Virus record (IMG/VR): IMGVR_UViG_3300025009_000052
DNA: 64,000 nt
DNA from: a virus
Strand: one strand, 5' to 3'
The notes beneath the pieces were generated by a model. The model did not search any database. It was given only the letters and a program-made list of their open reading frames with translations, and was not told the origin of the DNA. How positions within the stretch are numbered: position 1 is the first letter of the stretch; each line of letters begins with the position of its first letter. Both the position numbers and the translations under genes were made by a program. Positions 18,107-27,796 of this stretch are shown one piece after another.

Positions 18107-21016
18107 ATGGCATCAGCGACAAAAACAGATCTTAGACAGTTAGTCCATAGAGCACAATTAGACCAACTAACAACTAGCGCTCTATATACAACTGCAATTA
18201 CCGGTGGAAAACCAGCTAATAGTACAGAAGCTGATAATCTATTAACTTCGGTTAATTCTGAGCTAACTAATCCTTTAAGATTATACCCAACCGACCCTAC
18301 CGCAGATAGGGTAGTCCATGTCGGTGCCATAACAGTTGTGAATCCAGAAACAGCTAAAAACAGAATAACCACAATGATTAATAAAGCTATGCCAGCTTTT
18401 ACTGGGGCCACAATTACATTGCCTAGTACTGCAAATGGAGCAAGTAATATAGTTGTTTCAGTAGGTGACGATATTGTAAATTATGATCAAACCGCATCAA
18501 CATTTGTAAAATGTGGTGTTTGGTTAAACGATGTTGGTGAAGTAGTATTAAGCTTTGGATCTGAAGGAGCCAGTGCGGCTTTAGCTGGAACCCCTGATTT
18601 TGAGAAGAAAACTCAATTTTTAGGTTATTTTATTATAGAAACAGACGCAAGTCAAAATATCCAAAATATTGAATTTGCAGATATTTTCCAAGTTGAAGGC
18701 GGTGGATCTGGCGGCGGCGGTTTAGATAAATGGGAACCATCCGTTAAATATACAGTTGACGATGTGGTTTGGTATTCAGTAGATCGCAATATTTATGTTT
18801 GTATTACAGAACATACCTCCACAGGTACTTTTGATGAAACTAAGTTTGAATTACTATCTAATGATGGCTATTCAATTACTTTAGGTGAAACAATTGCTGT
18901 AGGTGAGGCCATTTATATTTCTAAAGGTACTGCAAATGGAGATACTGGTAGAACACAAAGCTATGCTTATAAATTAGATATTACCAATGCTAATAGATAT
19001 GATTATGCTGGAATTTGTGTTTATGGTGGTAATGCAAGTGATGTTGGAATTGTTTCTGTAAGTGGAAATATTAAAGGATTTACTGGTTTAACCGGTGGAC
19101 AATTGGTCTATGCTAGTTCAACTGCTGGCGGATGGTCACACACTAAACCAAGTGTTTTGGGTTATAAAATAGTTATTTTAGGAATGGCCGTTGATGCAAC
19201 TCATTTATTAATAAATGGCGGATTAAGTTCATCTAGCGAAACATATACTCTTAGTACAGAAGACGCCGACACCATCCACCTAATTAAAAGTGATAATTTA
19301 AGTTTAATTTCCGAAGTAGATCTCCAAGGTCAACACGCAGATTTCGATGGCGGTGGAACACTCACAGCAGGTGCTTTAACTTTAAGCACTGATGCAGCAG
19401 ATTTACTAAAATCCTCCACCAAAGTCATTGAATACGCCCCTGGTGCTAACGGTCAGAATGATTACTTTGGATTCACTAAAACTATACCACAAGGCTCAAG
19501 AGGACGTTATCTAGGTATTCAGTTTGAAAATAGAATGAGTGCTACTACAATTGATAATGCTTTTAGATTATGTGTTAAACAAAAAGATGGTACAAACGCA
19601 GGACACATTCAATATTTTAATATGCCAGCAGTTTATAATGCCAACGGAGCTGGCAAGACTTTTAAAGAAGCAGCTTATATTTGGGATGATTGCACTGAGA
19701 TCGAATTTGGATGGCAGAATACGGTTACTACCACTACAGTAGAATTATATGTGGATAATATATTGGTAACTAATAGTGCTTTTAAAGATACGAAGTTGAT
19801 TGAAGAGCAAAGTGCTTTTTATTACGGTTATGCTGGTGTTGGATCTACAAATAATAAAATACCTTATTTTAGCAGCGTTGGAAGTAGTGTTGGAAGTGCC
19901 ATATGTACTATAAGTAATAGTTCTACTTTAGGGTTTAGTATAACAGCGTTAAGAGATTGTACAGTATCTATGTCAGCAGACTTTGATGGTGTATATGCGG
20001 GTATAAGTAAAAACTCAACTGAATTAACAACGTCTGTAGTAGGAATTTCTGCGGCAACTAGACTTTCATATGACTACACAAGTGCTTCTTATAGAAGTAC
20101 ACCCTCAGTTAGTGGTGTTAGGTTAGTAGCTGGAGATGTATTAAGACCTCACTTATCTGGAACATCATCAGCTTTAGCACATTTAACTTTTCATGCTCAA
20201 GCCGAAGTAGACGGAGTAGTTCATAGCAATCAACTGCCAGAGAATGATTTTAGTGGAAATATAGCAAACAACGGAACTGCTACAATTACTAGTCAGAATA
20301 GTGATGCTATTGCAAGTGTTAGTAGAACTTCTACGGGAGTAGTGGCTATAACTTTTAAAACAGGAAAGTTCACCGTTGCCCCATCAGTTGTATTAACAAG
20401 CTCAACCACAGATGATAGAATGATGATGTATACCTCATTATCAACTACGGGTGTAACTGTTTATACTAGAAATGGGGGAGCTTCACTTTTTGACTTGCCT
20501 TTTAGTATTCATCTACAACGCCAATTCCCTGACTACAAACCTTTGACCGGAAATATAATAACCCCTTCCATTTTGACGGCAACATTATTTAGTACAGATT
20601 ATGTTACAGCATCTAGTACATTGGGAGCTAGTGTAACTATTCCTATTGACACGTTAGAAGGTAGCCCAATTGCTGTTATTTCTAATGATCAGTTTTCTAT
20701 TCCCAGTGGTGCCTACAGAATAGATTGGTTTACTTCATTTTCCGACGGAAGTTCTTCTAATGGAGAGGGGTCTGGACATTCATATTTATACAACATAACT
20801 GATGCGGTCATTACTAAGAAAGGTTCGGGGATTAAAACAAACGGATCGGGAACTACCGGAGACGTTACAGTCGGGACAGCATATGTAACTATTAGTGCTA
20901 CAAAAACATTTGAATTGAGGGGATATACAGGCACTTCTGGTATGGCAGATTACTTATTTGGCTACAACTATGGGGCTGGATTAGGAACAAACATTACTAT
21001 TACTAAATTAAAATAA
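18107..21016 (+). CDS. Tail fibre/receptor-binding protein with a CBM5/12-like module
   Basis: Gly linker GGGSGGGG followed by 'WEPSVKYTVDDVVWY....YVCITEHTS' (CBM5/12-like). Ser/Thr/Gly-rich beta C-terminus. Confidence 0.65.
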   Translation: MASATKTDLRQLVHRAQLDQLTTSALYTTAITGGKPANSTEADNLLTSVNSELTNPLRLYPTDPTADRVVHVGAITVVNPETAKNRITTMINKAMPAFTGATITLPSTANGASNIVVSVGDDIVNYDQTASTFVKCGVWLNDVGEVVLSFGSEGASAALAGTPDFEKKTQFLGYFIIETDASQNIQNIEFADIFQVEGGGSGGGGLDKWEPSVKYTVDDVVWYSVDRNIYVCITEHTSTGTFDETKFELLSNDGYSITLGETIAVGEAIYISKGTANGDTGRTQSYAYKLDITNANRYDYAGICVYGGNASDVGIVSVSGNIKGFTGLTGGQLVYASSTAGGWSHTKPSVLGYKIVILGMAVDATHLLINGGLSSSSETYTLSTEDADTIHLIKSDNLSLISEVDLQGQHADFDGGGTLTAGALTLSTDAADLLKSSTKVIEYAPGANGQNDYFGFTKTIPQGSRGRYLGIQFENRMSATTIDNAFRLCVKQKDGTNAGHIQYFNMPAVYNANGAGKTFKEAAYIWDDCTEIEFGWQNTVTTTTVELYVDNILVTNSAFKDTKLIEEQSAFYYGYAGVGSTNNKIPYFSSVGSSVGSAICTISNSSTLGFSITALRDCTVSMSADFDGVYAGISKNSTELTTSVVGISAATRLSYDYTSASYRSTPSVSGVRLVAGDVLRPHLSGTSSALAHLTFHAQAEVDGVVHSNQLPENDFSGNIANNGTATITSQNSDAIASVSRTSTGVVAITFKTGKFTVAPSVVLTSSTTDDRMMMYTSLSTTGVTVYTRNGGASLFDLPFSIHLQRQFPDYKPLTGNIITPSILTATLFSTDYVTASSTLGASVTIPIDTLEGSPIAVISNDQFSIPSGAYRIDWFTSFSDGSSSNGEGSGHSYLYNITDAVITKKGSGIKTNGSGTTGDVTVGTAYVTISATKTFELRGYTGTSGMADYLFGYNYGAGLGTNITITKLK

Positions 21017-21025
21017 GGAATCTAT

Positions 21026-21589
21026 ATGACTTTTGAACAAATCAATCTCTTAACTATAGAACCACTAATACCTCTTTTAATAGACAGGTATTGTACTAGA
21101 AACGATCTAGACCCAGAACTAGGCTTAACACAAGAGGAATTAGAAGCTGAATTCCTATTTTATAAGCAAGAACTTATCCTAGAGGAGCAATCCAGACTGG
21201 ATGAAATTCAGAGAAAGGAATTGTTAATTAATCGATGGAAAGACATTAAAGCTAGAGATGGTGGGATGTCTTGTTTTAGAATTTTAAAACCAGACGTTAT
21301 TAATATGAAAAAATATGTAAATAGTCTAATAGAGGATAAATCCCGTGCTGATGAGGCAGAACTTTTCATGCAGCAGTTAGAGGCTAAGGATTTGGAAATA
21401 GTACAGAATCAAAACAATACAGCCTATATAGACTTAAGAAGAAAGGCTTATCCAGAAATCGAATCCTATTTGGATGCAATGGTTAAGATTAATTCAGGGG
21501 ATGAAATATTAATTGCAGAGGGCCAGCAACAATTAGCGGATTATTATACGGCTTGCTTAGCGGTTAAGAGTTTGTATCCGAAGCCTTAG
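21026..21589 (+). CDS. Putative tail fibre assembly/chaperone protein
   Basis: C-terminal 'Y.DLRRKAYP.IE..LDA......C.AVK..YPKP' motif is typical of genes that follow fibre genes. Confidence 0.55.
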   Translation: MTFEQINLLTIEPLIPLLIDRYCTRNDLDPELGLTQEELEAEFLFYKQELILEEQSRLDEIQRKELLINRWKDIKARDGGMSCFRILKPDVINMKKYVNSLIEDKSRADEAELFMQQLEAKDLEIVQNQNNTAYIDLRRKAYPEIESYLDAMVKINSGDEILIAEGQQQLADYYTACLAVKSLYPKP

Positions 21590-21791
21590 ATTCTAAATAG
21601 ATTTTAAATTCATCATATAGATGTTTAAAGCTTAATCTAGAACTATATCGGCTATAATTATATCCACTTATTAGTTCTGGGTGATTATTAATAATTTTAA
21701 TAGCCCAATTAAACCAAATGTCCAATTGACCTTGGTTTTTACAGCTATACAACACCCTTCTTAAGTATCTTTTAATTTCTTTTTCACTCAT
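21564..21791 (-). CDS. Hypothetical protein
   Basis: 75-aa ORF with GAGGAG RBS. Last gene of the convergent - strand block. Confidence 0.5.
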   Translation of the reverse strand: MSEKEIKRYLRRVLYSCKNQGQLDIWFNWAIKIINNHPELISGYNYSRYSSRLSFKHLYDEFKIYLESKASDTNS

Positions 21792-21792
21792 A

Positions 21793-22362
21793 TTAACTCC
21801 TCACTAGTCCCTTAAACTTTCTAAGCACATCTACCGTTAAGTGTGTATCTACTCTGGCATTATGTAGTGACTCTTCACTTATCTCAATTCCCATATGTTT
21901 AGCCAAAGCGTTTAATCCCCCTAAATTATCATCTGGAATTAAACCACTTAGTTTTAAAAATTGTCCTATCGTACCTGTATCTAAAGTTCTATACGATACA
22001 TAATGATTAAAAGACTTTAGTAATTGATATGTAATAAAATCTATATCAAATTTTACATTGTGCCCAATCGGAATCAACAAACTACACCCTTGATTGCTAT
22101 GTTTAGATAAGAATTCTCTCAATAAATAACCGCCCTTACTATAACCAATAGCTACCTTATCATGTTCTAATAAATTAATCTTATTTACACCAAGTGCTTC
22201 CCCACTGCATATATAATTGCCATCATTTGGTTTAACACTTAATTCCAAAGAATCTGTCAATATTAAATCTTTAGTATAAACACCAAAATAAACAGTTAAT
22301 AGGGAATGTACTTTAGGATCTGTTCCACCCGTTTCACAATCAAATGCTAAAAATTTATTCAC
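21793..22362 (-). CDS. DEDDh 3'-5' exonuclease (DnaQ/epsilon-like), copy 1
   Basis: ExoI FDCETGG, ExoII GHNVKFD, ExoII-III LDT, ExoIII HNARVD. GTG start at 22362 with GGAGG RBS. Confidence 0.85.
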   Translation of the reverse strand: MNKFLAFDCETGGTDPKVHSLLTVYFGVYTKDLILTDSLELSVKPNDGNYICSGEALGVNKINLLEHDKVAIGYSKGGYLLREFLSKHSNQGCSLLIPIGHNVKFDIDFITYQLLKSFNHYVSYRTLDTGTIGQFLKLSGLIPDDNLGGLNALAKHMGIEISEESLHNARVDTHLTVDVLRKFKGLVRS

Positions 22363-22428
22363 GAATCCCTCCATACTATTATTAAACATATACTAAAAAC
22401 TACCAACAATAGGGTTATTACAGTAGCA

Positions 22429-22593
22429 TCACTCATAATAACCGCCCATAGTAGAATTATTCCACAAATTATGTTGTAATAGTTCAACATCATTAATACA
22501 GTTGTGATATTCAATTCCAACATACTTATTACAAGATATTGTAGTTGATGTAGCACAAGAACATATTAACAATAAAATCAAATACTTAATCAT
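22429..22593 (-). CDS. Small putative lipoprotein (54 aa, not in ORF track)
   Basis: MIKYLILLLICSCATS...: hydrophobic leader with a lipobox-like Cys. AGAGG RBS. Confidence 0.5.
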   Translation of the reverse strand: MIKYLILLLICSCATSTTISCNKYVGIEYHNCINDVELLQHNLWNNSTMGGYYE

Positions 22594-22606
22594 TTTTATC
22601 CTCTTT

Positions 22607-23101
22607 TTATTTTATATCGCCTAAATCTGCTTTACAATCTGGACAATATAAATATTTGCTAGTTATTAAGTGAACTTCTTTTTTATTAGGGTGAGGGCAA
22701 TGTTGTGAGCATTTAGTATTTTGTGATAATGCGTTACTTATATTTATAATACCCACCATATCTTCCTCATCGACAATCATAATCCATCGATCGACTACAC
22801 TAGTATTTATTATTTCAGTAGGCTCAATCTTATACTCAAAACAATCGCCATTGTGCATTATATCTATAATATCACAAAAACCATGTTTTGTTTTAAATTT
22901 GTCACCGACACAACAAGCTGAAACTTCTATACTAACCCCACTAATCCATAGACTTTGACCATTTTCTAGATCTAAAATATAATAACCATTTAAGTTAGGG
23001 CCTTCAATGTTAGTAATTTTATCAAAAAACGTTATAGCCCTACAATGTCTTCCAATCAATTTTTCAAGTTCTTCTCTGGTTTCGGCTCCTGTTAGTTTCA
23101 T
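22607..23101 (-). CDS. Hypothetical protein with C-terminal zinc-ribbon-like motif
   Basis: CPH...YCPDCK motif. Confidence 0.55.
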   Translation of the reverse strand: MKLTGAETREELEKLIGRHCRAITFFDKITNIEGPNLNGYYILDLENGQSLWISGVSIEVSACCVGDKFKTKHGFCDIIDIMHNGDCFEYKIEPTEIINTSVVDRWIMIVDEEDMVGIINISNALSQNTKCSQHCPHPNKKEVHLITSKYLYCPDCKADLGDIK

Positions 23102-23102
23102 A

Positions 23103-23573
23103 TTATTCCTTTATCAAATCCTCAGCCTTGATCTCTTCATATTGAAATAGTTCCGTCGTGTCAAGATAGACTAACTTATAGAGTATTTTGTTGGTGCATG
23201 TTTTAAAATACCCATAATAACTAGGATCATCAATATCACTAACAATAAAAAACTCATCGTCTGGATATTTATTTATAAACGCTAAGGCTATATTGTTTAA
23301 ACCCCTATAGTAATTTAAATATTCTTGATCAATCGGTGGGTCATCAAATTTAATACATGTTAAATTGGTTGATATTAACCTATATATGTCGCTAAATTTA
23401 GTACACCTATCGCTCCCAGTAGCTAATTTATAATAAATAGCGTCTAAATCATCCCTATCGTTTTCAGGTAACGATATATAAGCGTCGAACTGATAATACT
23501 TAATACTGTGGTATCTACCTAGGTGTACATATTTCTTATTGTTTTTAGCAAACAAGCAGATATTTATACCCAC
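23103..23573 (-). CDS. Hypothetical protein, tandem paralog A
   Basis: Shares ICLFAKNNKKYV, NKYPDDEFF and FQY.EIK.EDLIKE with 23576..24049. Confidence 0.75.
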   Translation of the reverse strand: MGINICLFAKNNKKYVHLGRYHSIKYYQFDAYISLPENDRDDLDAIYYKLATGSDRCTKFSDIYRLISTNLTCIKFDDPPIDQEYLNYYRGLNNIALAFINKYPDDEFFIVSDIDDPSYYGYFKTCTNKILYKLVYLDTTELFQYEEIKAEDLIKE

Positions 23574-23575
23574 AA

Positions 23576-24049
23576 TTACTCCTTTATCAAATCCTCAACC
23601 TTAATCTCATCATATTGGAATTGCTCTGCTGGGTCTAATTCGCCAGACACATAATGAGTTCCGTCGCCATATTGCTTCATATATTCATAACAGTCTGGAC
23701 TTTCATTATCGGCCACTACGAAGAATTCATCGTCTGGATATTTATTTACAAAGGCTAAGATTATACGATTCCAGCCTTCACAGTACTGTAGGTGTCCTAA
23801 ATCACTATCTGATCTAGGATGTCTGGTACTTTTTAGATTGGCCAGTGTTAGTTTTTCAATCTCTCTAAAGTTAACAGATCTGTCTATATCGTCAGCTAGT
23901 TTAGCATATATAGAGTGTAATTCGTCTACATCCTCGTTGGACATTTCGGGAGAATTATATAGATCCCAATAAGACTGAAGTACATATTTCCTATCTAAAC
24001 TAACATATTTCTTATTGTTTTTAGCAAATAAACAAATATCTACTCCCAT
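23576..24049 (-). CDS. Hypothetical protein, tandem paralog B
   Basis: Same conserved blocks as 23103..23573. AAGGAG RBS. Confidence 0.75.
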   Translation of the reverse strand: MGVDICLFAKNNKKYVSLDRKYVLQSYWDLYNSPEMSNEDVDELHSIYAKLADDIDRSVNFREIEKLTLANLKSTRHPRSDSDLGHLQYCEGWNRIILAFVNKYPDDEFFVVADNESPDCYEYMKQYGDGTHYVSGELDPAEQFQYDEIKVEDLIKE

Positions 24050-24051
24050 AA

Positions 24052-24231
24052 CTACTCCTTTATATTAACCAACATCCCTAAACTATCAAATACGAATTTG
24101 GTTCCGTTACTTAATTCTATAACAGTATTTCTACCAGCACTGTAGTTTTCAAACTCAATTTCACAAGATTCCAGCATTTCCGTTAGTTGTAAAAGATGCT
24201 CCTCTACTAATTCCACATTGTCTTTAGACAT
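24052..24231 (-). CDS. Hypothetical 59-aa protein (not in ORF track)
   Basis: MSKDNVELVEEHLLQ...NIKE fills the gap between neighbours. AAGGAG RBS. Confidence 0.55.
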   Translation of the reverse strand: MSKDNVELVEEHLLQLTEMLESCEIEFENYSAGRNTVIELSNGTKFVFDSLGMLVNIKE

Positions 24232-24730
24232 TGCTATCTCCTTTAAATTCTTTTAGTTTTTCTTCATATTTAATACCAATATTTTCCTTAATTTGATCTA
24301 TACCTTCTGCAATCGCAATTACCATGGCAGTATCTACACCATGTTTTGAAGCCAAGTCCACCACTCCCTCATTAAACAGTTTAGCTAATTCGGCTTTTCT
24401 AGCTCTCATATAGAGCACTGTCTTAATATAATCGATATTTATAAAGCATTCTAAGCTTGGACAGTAGCCAGTTTTCTTACAAACATGTGTGTCTTTACCA
24501 TATATAGGAAGGGTAACCCACTCTGGTAGATCCCCATTTGCCTTCATTTCCTCCACTTCTTTACTGCGTTTCTTAAATTCTTTATTGTTCTTCCACATTG
24601 TTTCATAGTTAACATAAAGAACGGCTAAGAAATAGCCTAAGCGGTGTATTAGGTAAGCAACAAATAGGCAAAATGGAAACAACACAAGGGCTTGCCATAT
24701 TTCAATTGTTTGAGTTAAGTTACTTATCAT
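24224..24730 (-). CDS. Hypothetical membrane-anchored protein
   Basis: N-terminal hydrophobic helix. Three Cys in CKKTGYCPSLEC. Confidence 0.55.
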   Translation of the reverse strand: MISNLTQTIEIWQALVLFPFCLFVAYLIHRLGYFLAVLYVNYETMWKNNKEFKKRSKEVEEMKANGDLPEWVTLPIYGKDTHVCKKTGYCPSLECFINIDYIKTVLYMRARKAELAKLFNEGVVDLASKHGVDTAMVIAIAEGIDQIKENIGIKYEEKLKEFKGDSNV

Positions 24731-24902
24731 ATAAAAGCTTCCTTATTAGATCGTTTTTACTTAAAACACCTTCTTCTATGGCCAACATAACCTTAGTTAT
24801 GGCTATGGAAAACCTTAAACTATCGATTTTACTGGCGTTTATAACCGTTTCTTTACCCCTAACCTCAACACAGTCCTTGATGGTTTTAATATAATTTTCC
24901 AT
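24720..24902 (-). CDS. Hypothetical protein
   Basis: GGAGG RBS, downstream of a class II promoter at ~24921-24931. Confidence 0.55.
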   Translation of the reverse strand: MENYIKTIKDCVEVRGKETVINASKIDSLRFSIAITKVMLAIEEGVLSKNDLIRKLLYDK

Positions 24903-24943
24903 TCAACCTCCGTTAAGAGATAATACCACAAAATAACCAAAAG

Positions 24944-25549
24944 TCAAGGTTTTAAAATCTTATGAACTATGCCTAATTCCAATGCCTTAGCTGCTCTAAA
25001 ATATTTATCTTCAAATTTTAACCATCTGTACCATTCTTTATATGGTATTTTAGTATTATCAGCGTAAATTTGGCATAAATCTTTATGGATTAACTTACAC
25101 TCCTCAGTCTCGGCTTGTAAATTAAGATAAACCTTACCTTCAGCCGCACTACTTACACTATGTAGCATAAAAACACTATGTTCGTACATATATCTTTCGT
25201 CGCCAGCTAAAAATATAATTGAAGCACCACTCATAGCACATCCGCAATTATATGTCCTGACTAAAGTACCTTGCTGGCACTTAATAAAGTCGTATAGTCC
25301 AAAAGAACTATAAGGACACCCACCCTCTGAATTTATATAAATATCAATCGGCTTAGTTTTATCCTTAGCTAACATAATTTGAATACCCTTAATGGCGTTA
25401 TTAACTGTTTCAGGAGATATCTCATCAAACATATGAATAACTCGATTATCAATATCAATATTGTCATCAATAAACGTCGTAAAATTAGTTGGTTTTACAA
25501 ATTTACGATCCAATCTTCTTCTAGGCTTTTTATCGTATCTCTGTCTCAT
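24944..25549 (-). CDS. ClpP-like serine protease (S14)
   Basis: YINSEGG, AMSGAS (Ser), FMLH (His), EDKYF.A.KALELG (Asp). Likely start at ATG 25549, overlapping the primase stop. Confidence 0.85.
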   Translation of the reverse strand: MRQRYDKKPRRRLDRKFVKPTNFTTFIDDNIDIDNRVIHMFDEISPETVNNAIKGIQIMLAKDKTKPIDIYINSEGGCPYSSFGLYDFIKCQQGTLVRTYNCGCAMSGASIIFLAGDERYMYEHSVFMLHSVSSAAEGKVYLNLQAETEECKLIHKDLCQIYADNTKIPYKEWYRWLKFEDKYFRAAKALELGIVHKILKP

Positions 25550-26409
25550 AAATTCTCTTTTTGCGATCTTTTTATCGCACTTTGAATTGAAGTCAACCAT
25601 TCTTGATATTTAAAATCACGCTGCTCTGTAAAATATGGCTCTAAAATAGATATAATTTCGCTTTCTAAAAAATTCTTACTAGCTAGGGTCATCGCTATTC
25701 TAAACCAAGTATTGTTTCTTTCGTTAGTTATTCCGCTTTGTAACTCTTCTAGTATCCATGGCGGAATGTCCAATACCGAAGGTACAGACGACGGGATTTT
25801 AGGTATTATAGGCATTGGTTTACATTGGGGGTACTTAGATAGCCAAATATTTAACCTATTAAGGGGAATTCGACCGCTTAACTTAATTAATTGCTGTGGT
25901 AATTTAGCACCATCGTGTCGAATATTTCCAGGAAATCTAATACTTCTGGACGGATTTTTAGTCATTTGATCGGCCCTATTCATAATATTTAATATCCATT
26001 CAGCATATATTCTCCACGTTCCATAATCTGGAAGATCTTCATTTAAAACAATTCCATAGTGGAGACTCTTATTGCCAGAAAAGATACATACAGAGTATGG
26101 CATTTCCATAGAGTCAATATATCGCTGTTGTTCTGGTAGTGGCCCATCGTCAATTTCAACTAAAAAAGATCGAAAAGCAGTTACATTTTCGTCTTTTCTA
26201 AATCCACTAATCGGATTAATAGCCATTAAATTAATATCCGACTCTGTAATTGAAACTGTCTTTTTAGGATCATTGGGCGATATTAATGTTATTTCACCAT
26301 TAAGACTACTTTGGCAGACACTATGATAACCGTATTTATTAGAAGAAACACAGATTGTTTCATTTGTATCAAAAAACAGCTTTAATATCTGCTCAGTAGT
26401 GTCTTTCAT
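25546..26409 (-). CDS. Primase (RepB/AEP-like) with C-terminal PriCT-like domain
   Basis: FLVEIDD, FSGNKSLH, D..TKNPSRSIRFPG, C-terminal ERNNTWF. Adjacent to the helicase. Confidence 0.75.
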   Translation of the reverse strand: MKDTTEQILKLFFDTNETICVSSNKYGYHSVCQSSLNGEITLISPNDPKKTVSITESDINLMAINPISGFRKDENVTAFRSFLVEIDDGPLPEQQRYIDSMEMPYSVCIFSGNKSLHYGIVLNEDLPDYGTWRIYAEWILNIMNRADQMTKNPSRSIRFPGNIRHDGAKLPQQLIKLSGRIPLNRLNIWLSKYPQCKPMPIIPKIPSSVPSVLDIPPWILEELQSGITNERNNTWFRIAMTLASKNFLESEIISILEPYFTEQRDFKYQEWLTSIQSAIKRSQKENL

Positions 26410-26736
26410 CTACAGTTCAACCTCTAATTGAATATTGGAAATAAAGGAGTCTATTGCTTGTTGGCGTAGTCTTGATTTAGAAGGCGTATTTGCAAATCCA
26501 AAACACTCTTTTACCACCATATTGGCGTGTCGGTTTAAGGCACTATACACTTCAGAAGAATTAGTACCACTTAAGAGACTGTCTCGGAGGTTTAATCCAA
26601 AATAGACCCTAAAATGCTCTTCTGCTAATGAAATACTAGCGTCTATTTGGCCGTTTTTGATAGCCCCAACTTGCATCCAGGTTAAGAAAATTAAATACAG
26701 CTTTTTAAAAAATCCAATGTCCTTATTTGTTACCAT
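26410..26736 (-). CDS. Hypothetical protein
   Basis: Lies between helicase and primase. ATG at 26736 with GGAGG RBS. Confidence 0.55.
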   Translation of the reverse strand: MVTNKDIGFFKKLYLIFLTWMQVGAIKNGQIDASISLAEEHFRVYFGLNLRDSLLSGTNSSEVYSALNRHANMVVKECFGFANTPSKSRLRQQAIDSFISNIQLEVEL

Positions 26737-27796
26737 CGTTTCCTCCAAATACCCTACTTAAGGTGTTGTTTGATATTTTCCTTACCGCTTCTAATTCGGC
26801 GTTGTTTTTAAATATGTCTGTGTATTCTACATATCGACCACGATCAAAGCCGACATAAATGGTATCCCCTACAGCACTGGTAAATCGACTTTTCTCAATA
26901 TGAAAAGACGTTCTCATATAATCTCTTTCAGCTACCACCTTCATAGCACATGTACTTATATTTAAGATCATTTTTCGACCTTCAATAGCCTCTTTAAACT
27001 CCAAATCCTTGCCTTCTTTTAGTTGGGACAATACAATTATGGGGGCTAAATAATTATTTTTAAAGGTATCTAAGAATTTTGCGAATTCTTCTTGAACTTG
27101 CCACGGGGACATAGATGGCCTATCACTAGATCTCCCAATATTTTGATAATAATCAATTATTATAACGTCGTACTGAGCCTGACTTTTTTGTAAATTCATT
27201 AGAATTGACTTAACCCCTTCCAATGTGGTAGTTTGGCCATAATTACCATTATAATTATCGTCCACAACCACCATACGGTTTGATAAGACCCCAATCATAC
27301 GATCAAATTCGTCTAGCTGAGCGGGAGAAAAAGACTCGTGGTTGATATATGACCATTTTTTACAAATACAAGTTACGCCGTTATATACATCACTAGGGTT
27401 TTCCTCATTTGAGATATAGAGAACCTTACCACCCTGACTTAAAGTATGGAAAGCGATGTTTTTACCGATCGTAGTTTTTCCTTGACCAGTCTTCGCAGCC
27501 GCTAAAATTATATTCTTACCGAAAAAAGGCACTTTACCATTAAAACTATCGTTAATAAAGCATTTAGAGTTTTTAGCGTGTTCTAAATACTCACGATTTT
27601 CTTTCTTTATTCTCTCTATCCTATCAGAAGACATCTTATCTAGAACTATGTTCTTATTAACCTCAGCCTCTTGCTGCCTTTGGACCATATCCTCATAGTC
27701 ATTTTTGATTCGGTTTTTATCCAATTCGTATTTTTTTTGTCGGATTTCTTGAGACTCTTCCAAAATACGATTAGCTTGGCTACTTATATCGGTCAT
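26723..27796 (-). CDS. DnaB-like (SF4) replicative helicase
   Basis: Walker A AKTGQGKT, YISNEE, IIIDYYQ, VLSQL, EKSRF arginine finger. Confidence 0.85.
   Translation of the reverse strand: MTDISSQANRILEESQEIRQKKYELDKNRIKNDYEDMVQRQQEAEVNKNIVLDKMSSDRIERIKKENREYLEHAKNSKCFINDSFNGKVPFFGKNIILAAAKTGQGKTTIGKNIAFHTLSQGGKVLYISNEENPSDVYNGVTCICKKWSYINHESFSPAQLDEFDRMIGVLSNRMVVVDDNYNGNYGQTTTLEGVKSILMNLQKSQAQYDVIIIDYYQNIGRSSDRPSMSPWQVQEEFAKFLDTFKNNYLAPIIVLSQLKEGKDLEFKEAIEGRKMILNISTCAMKVVAERDYMRTSFHIEKSRFTSAVGDTIYVGFDRGRYVEYTDIFKNNAELEAVRKISNNTLSRVFGGNDGNK

Noticed and set aside
10036-21016. Diversity-generating retroelement or invertase shufflon acting on fibre genes
   Set aside because: No reverse transcriptase or recombinase in the window. 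I saw no adenine-mismatched template/variable repeat pair or inverted crossover sites by eye.
22359-22556. 65-aa ORF in the track
   Set aside because: Better explained by the 54-aa lipoprotein-like ORF (22429..22593) plus a possible 25-aa hydrophobic peptide starting at 22436.
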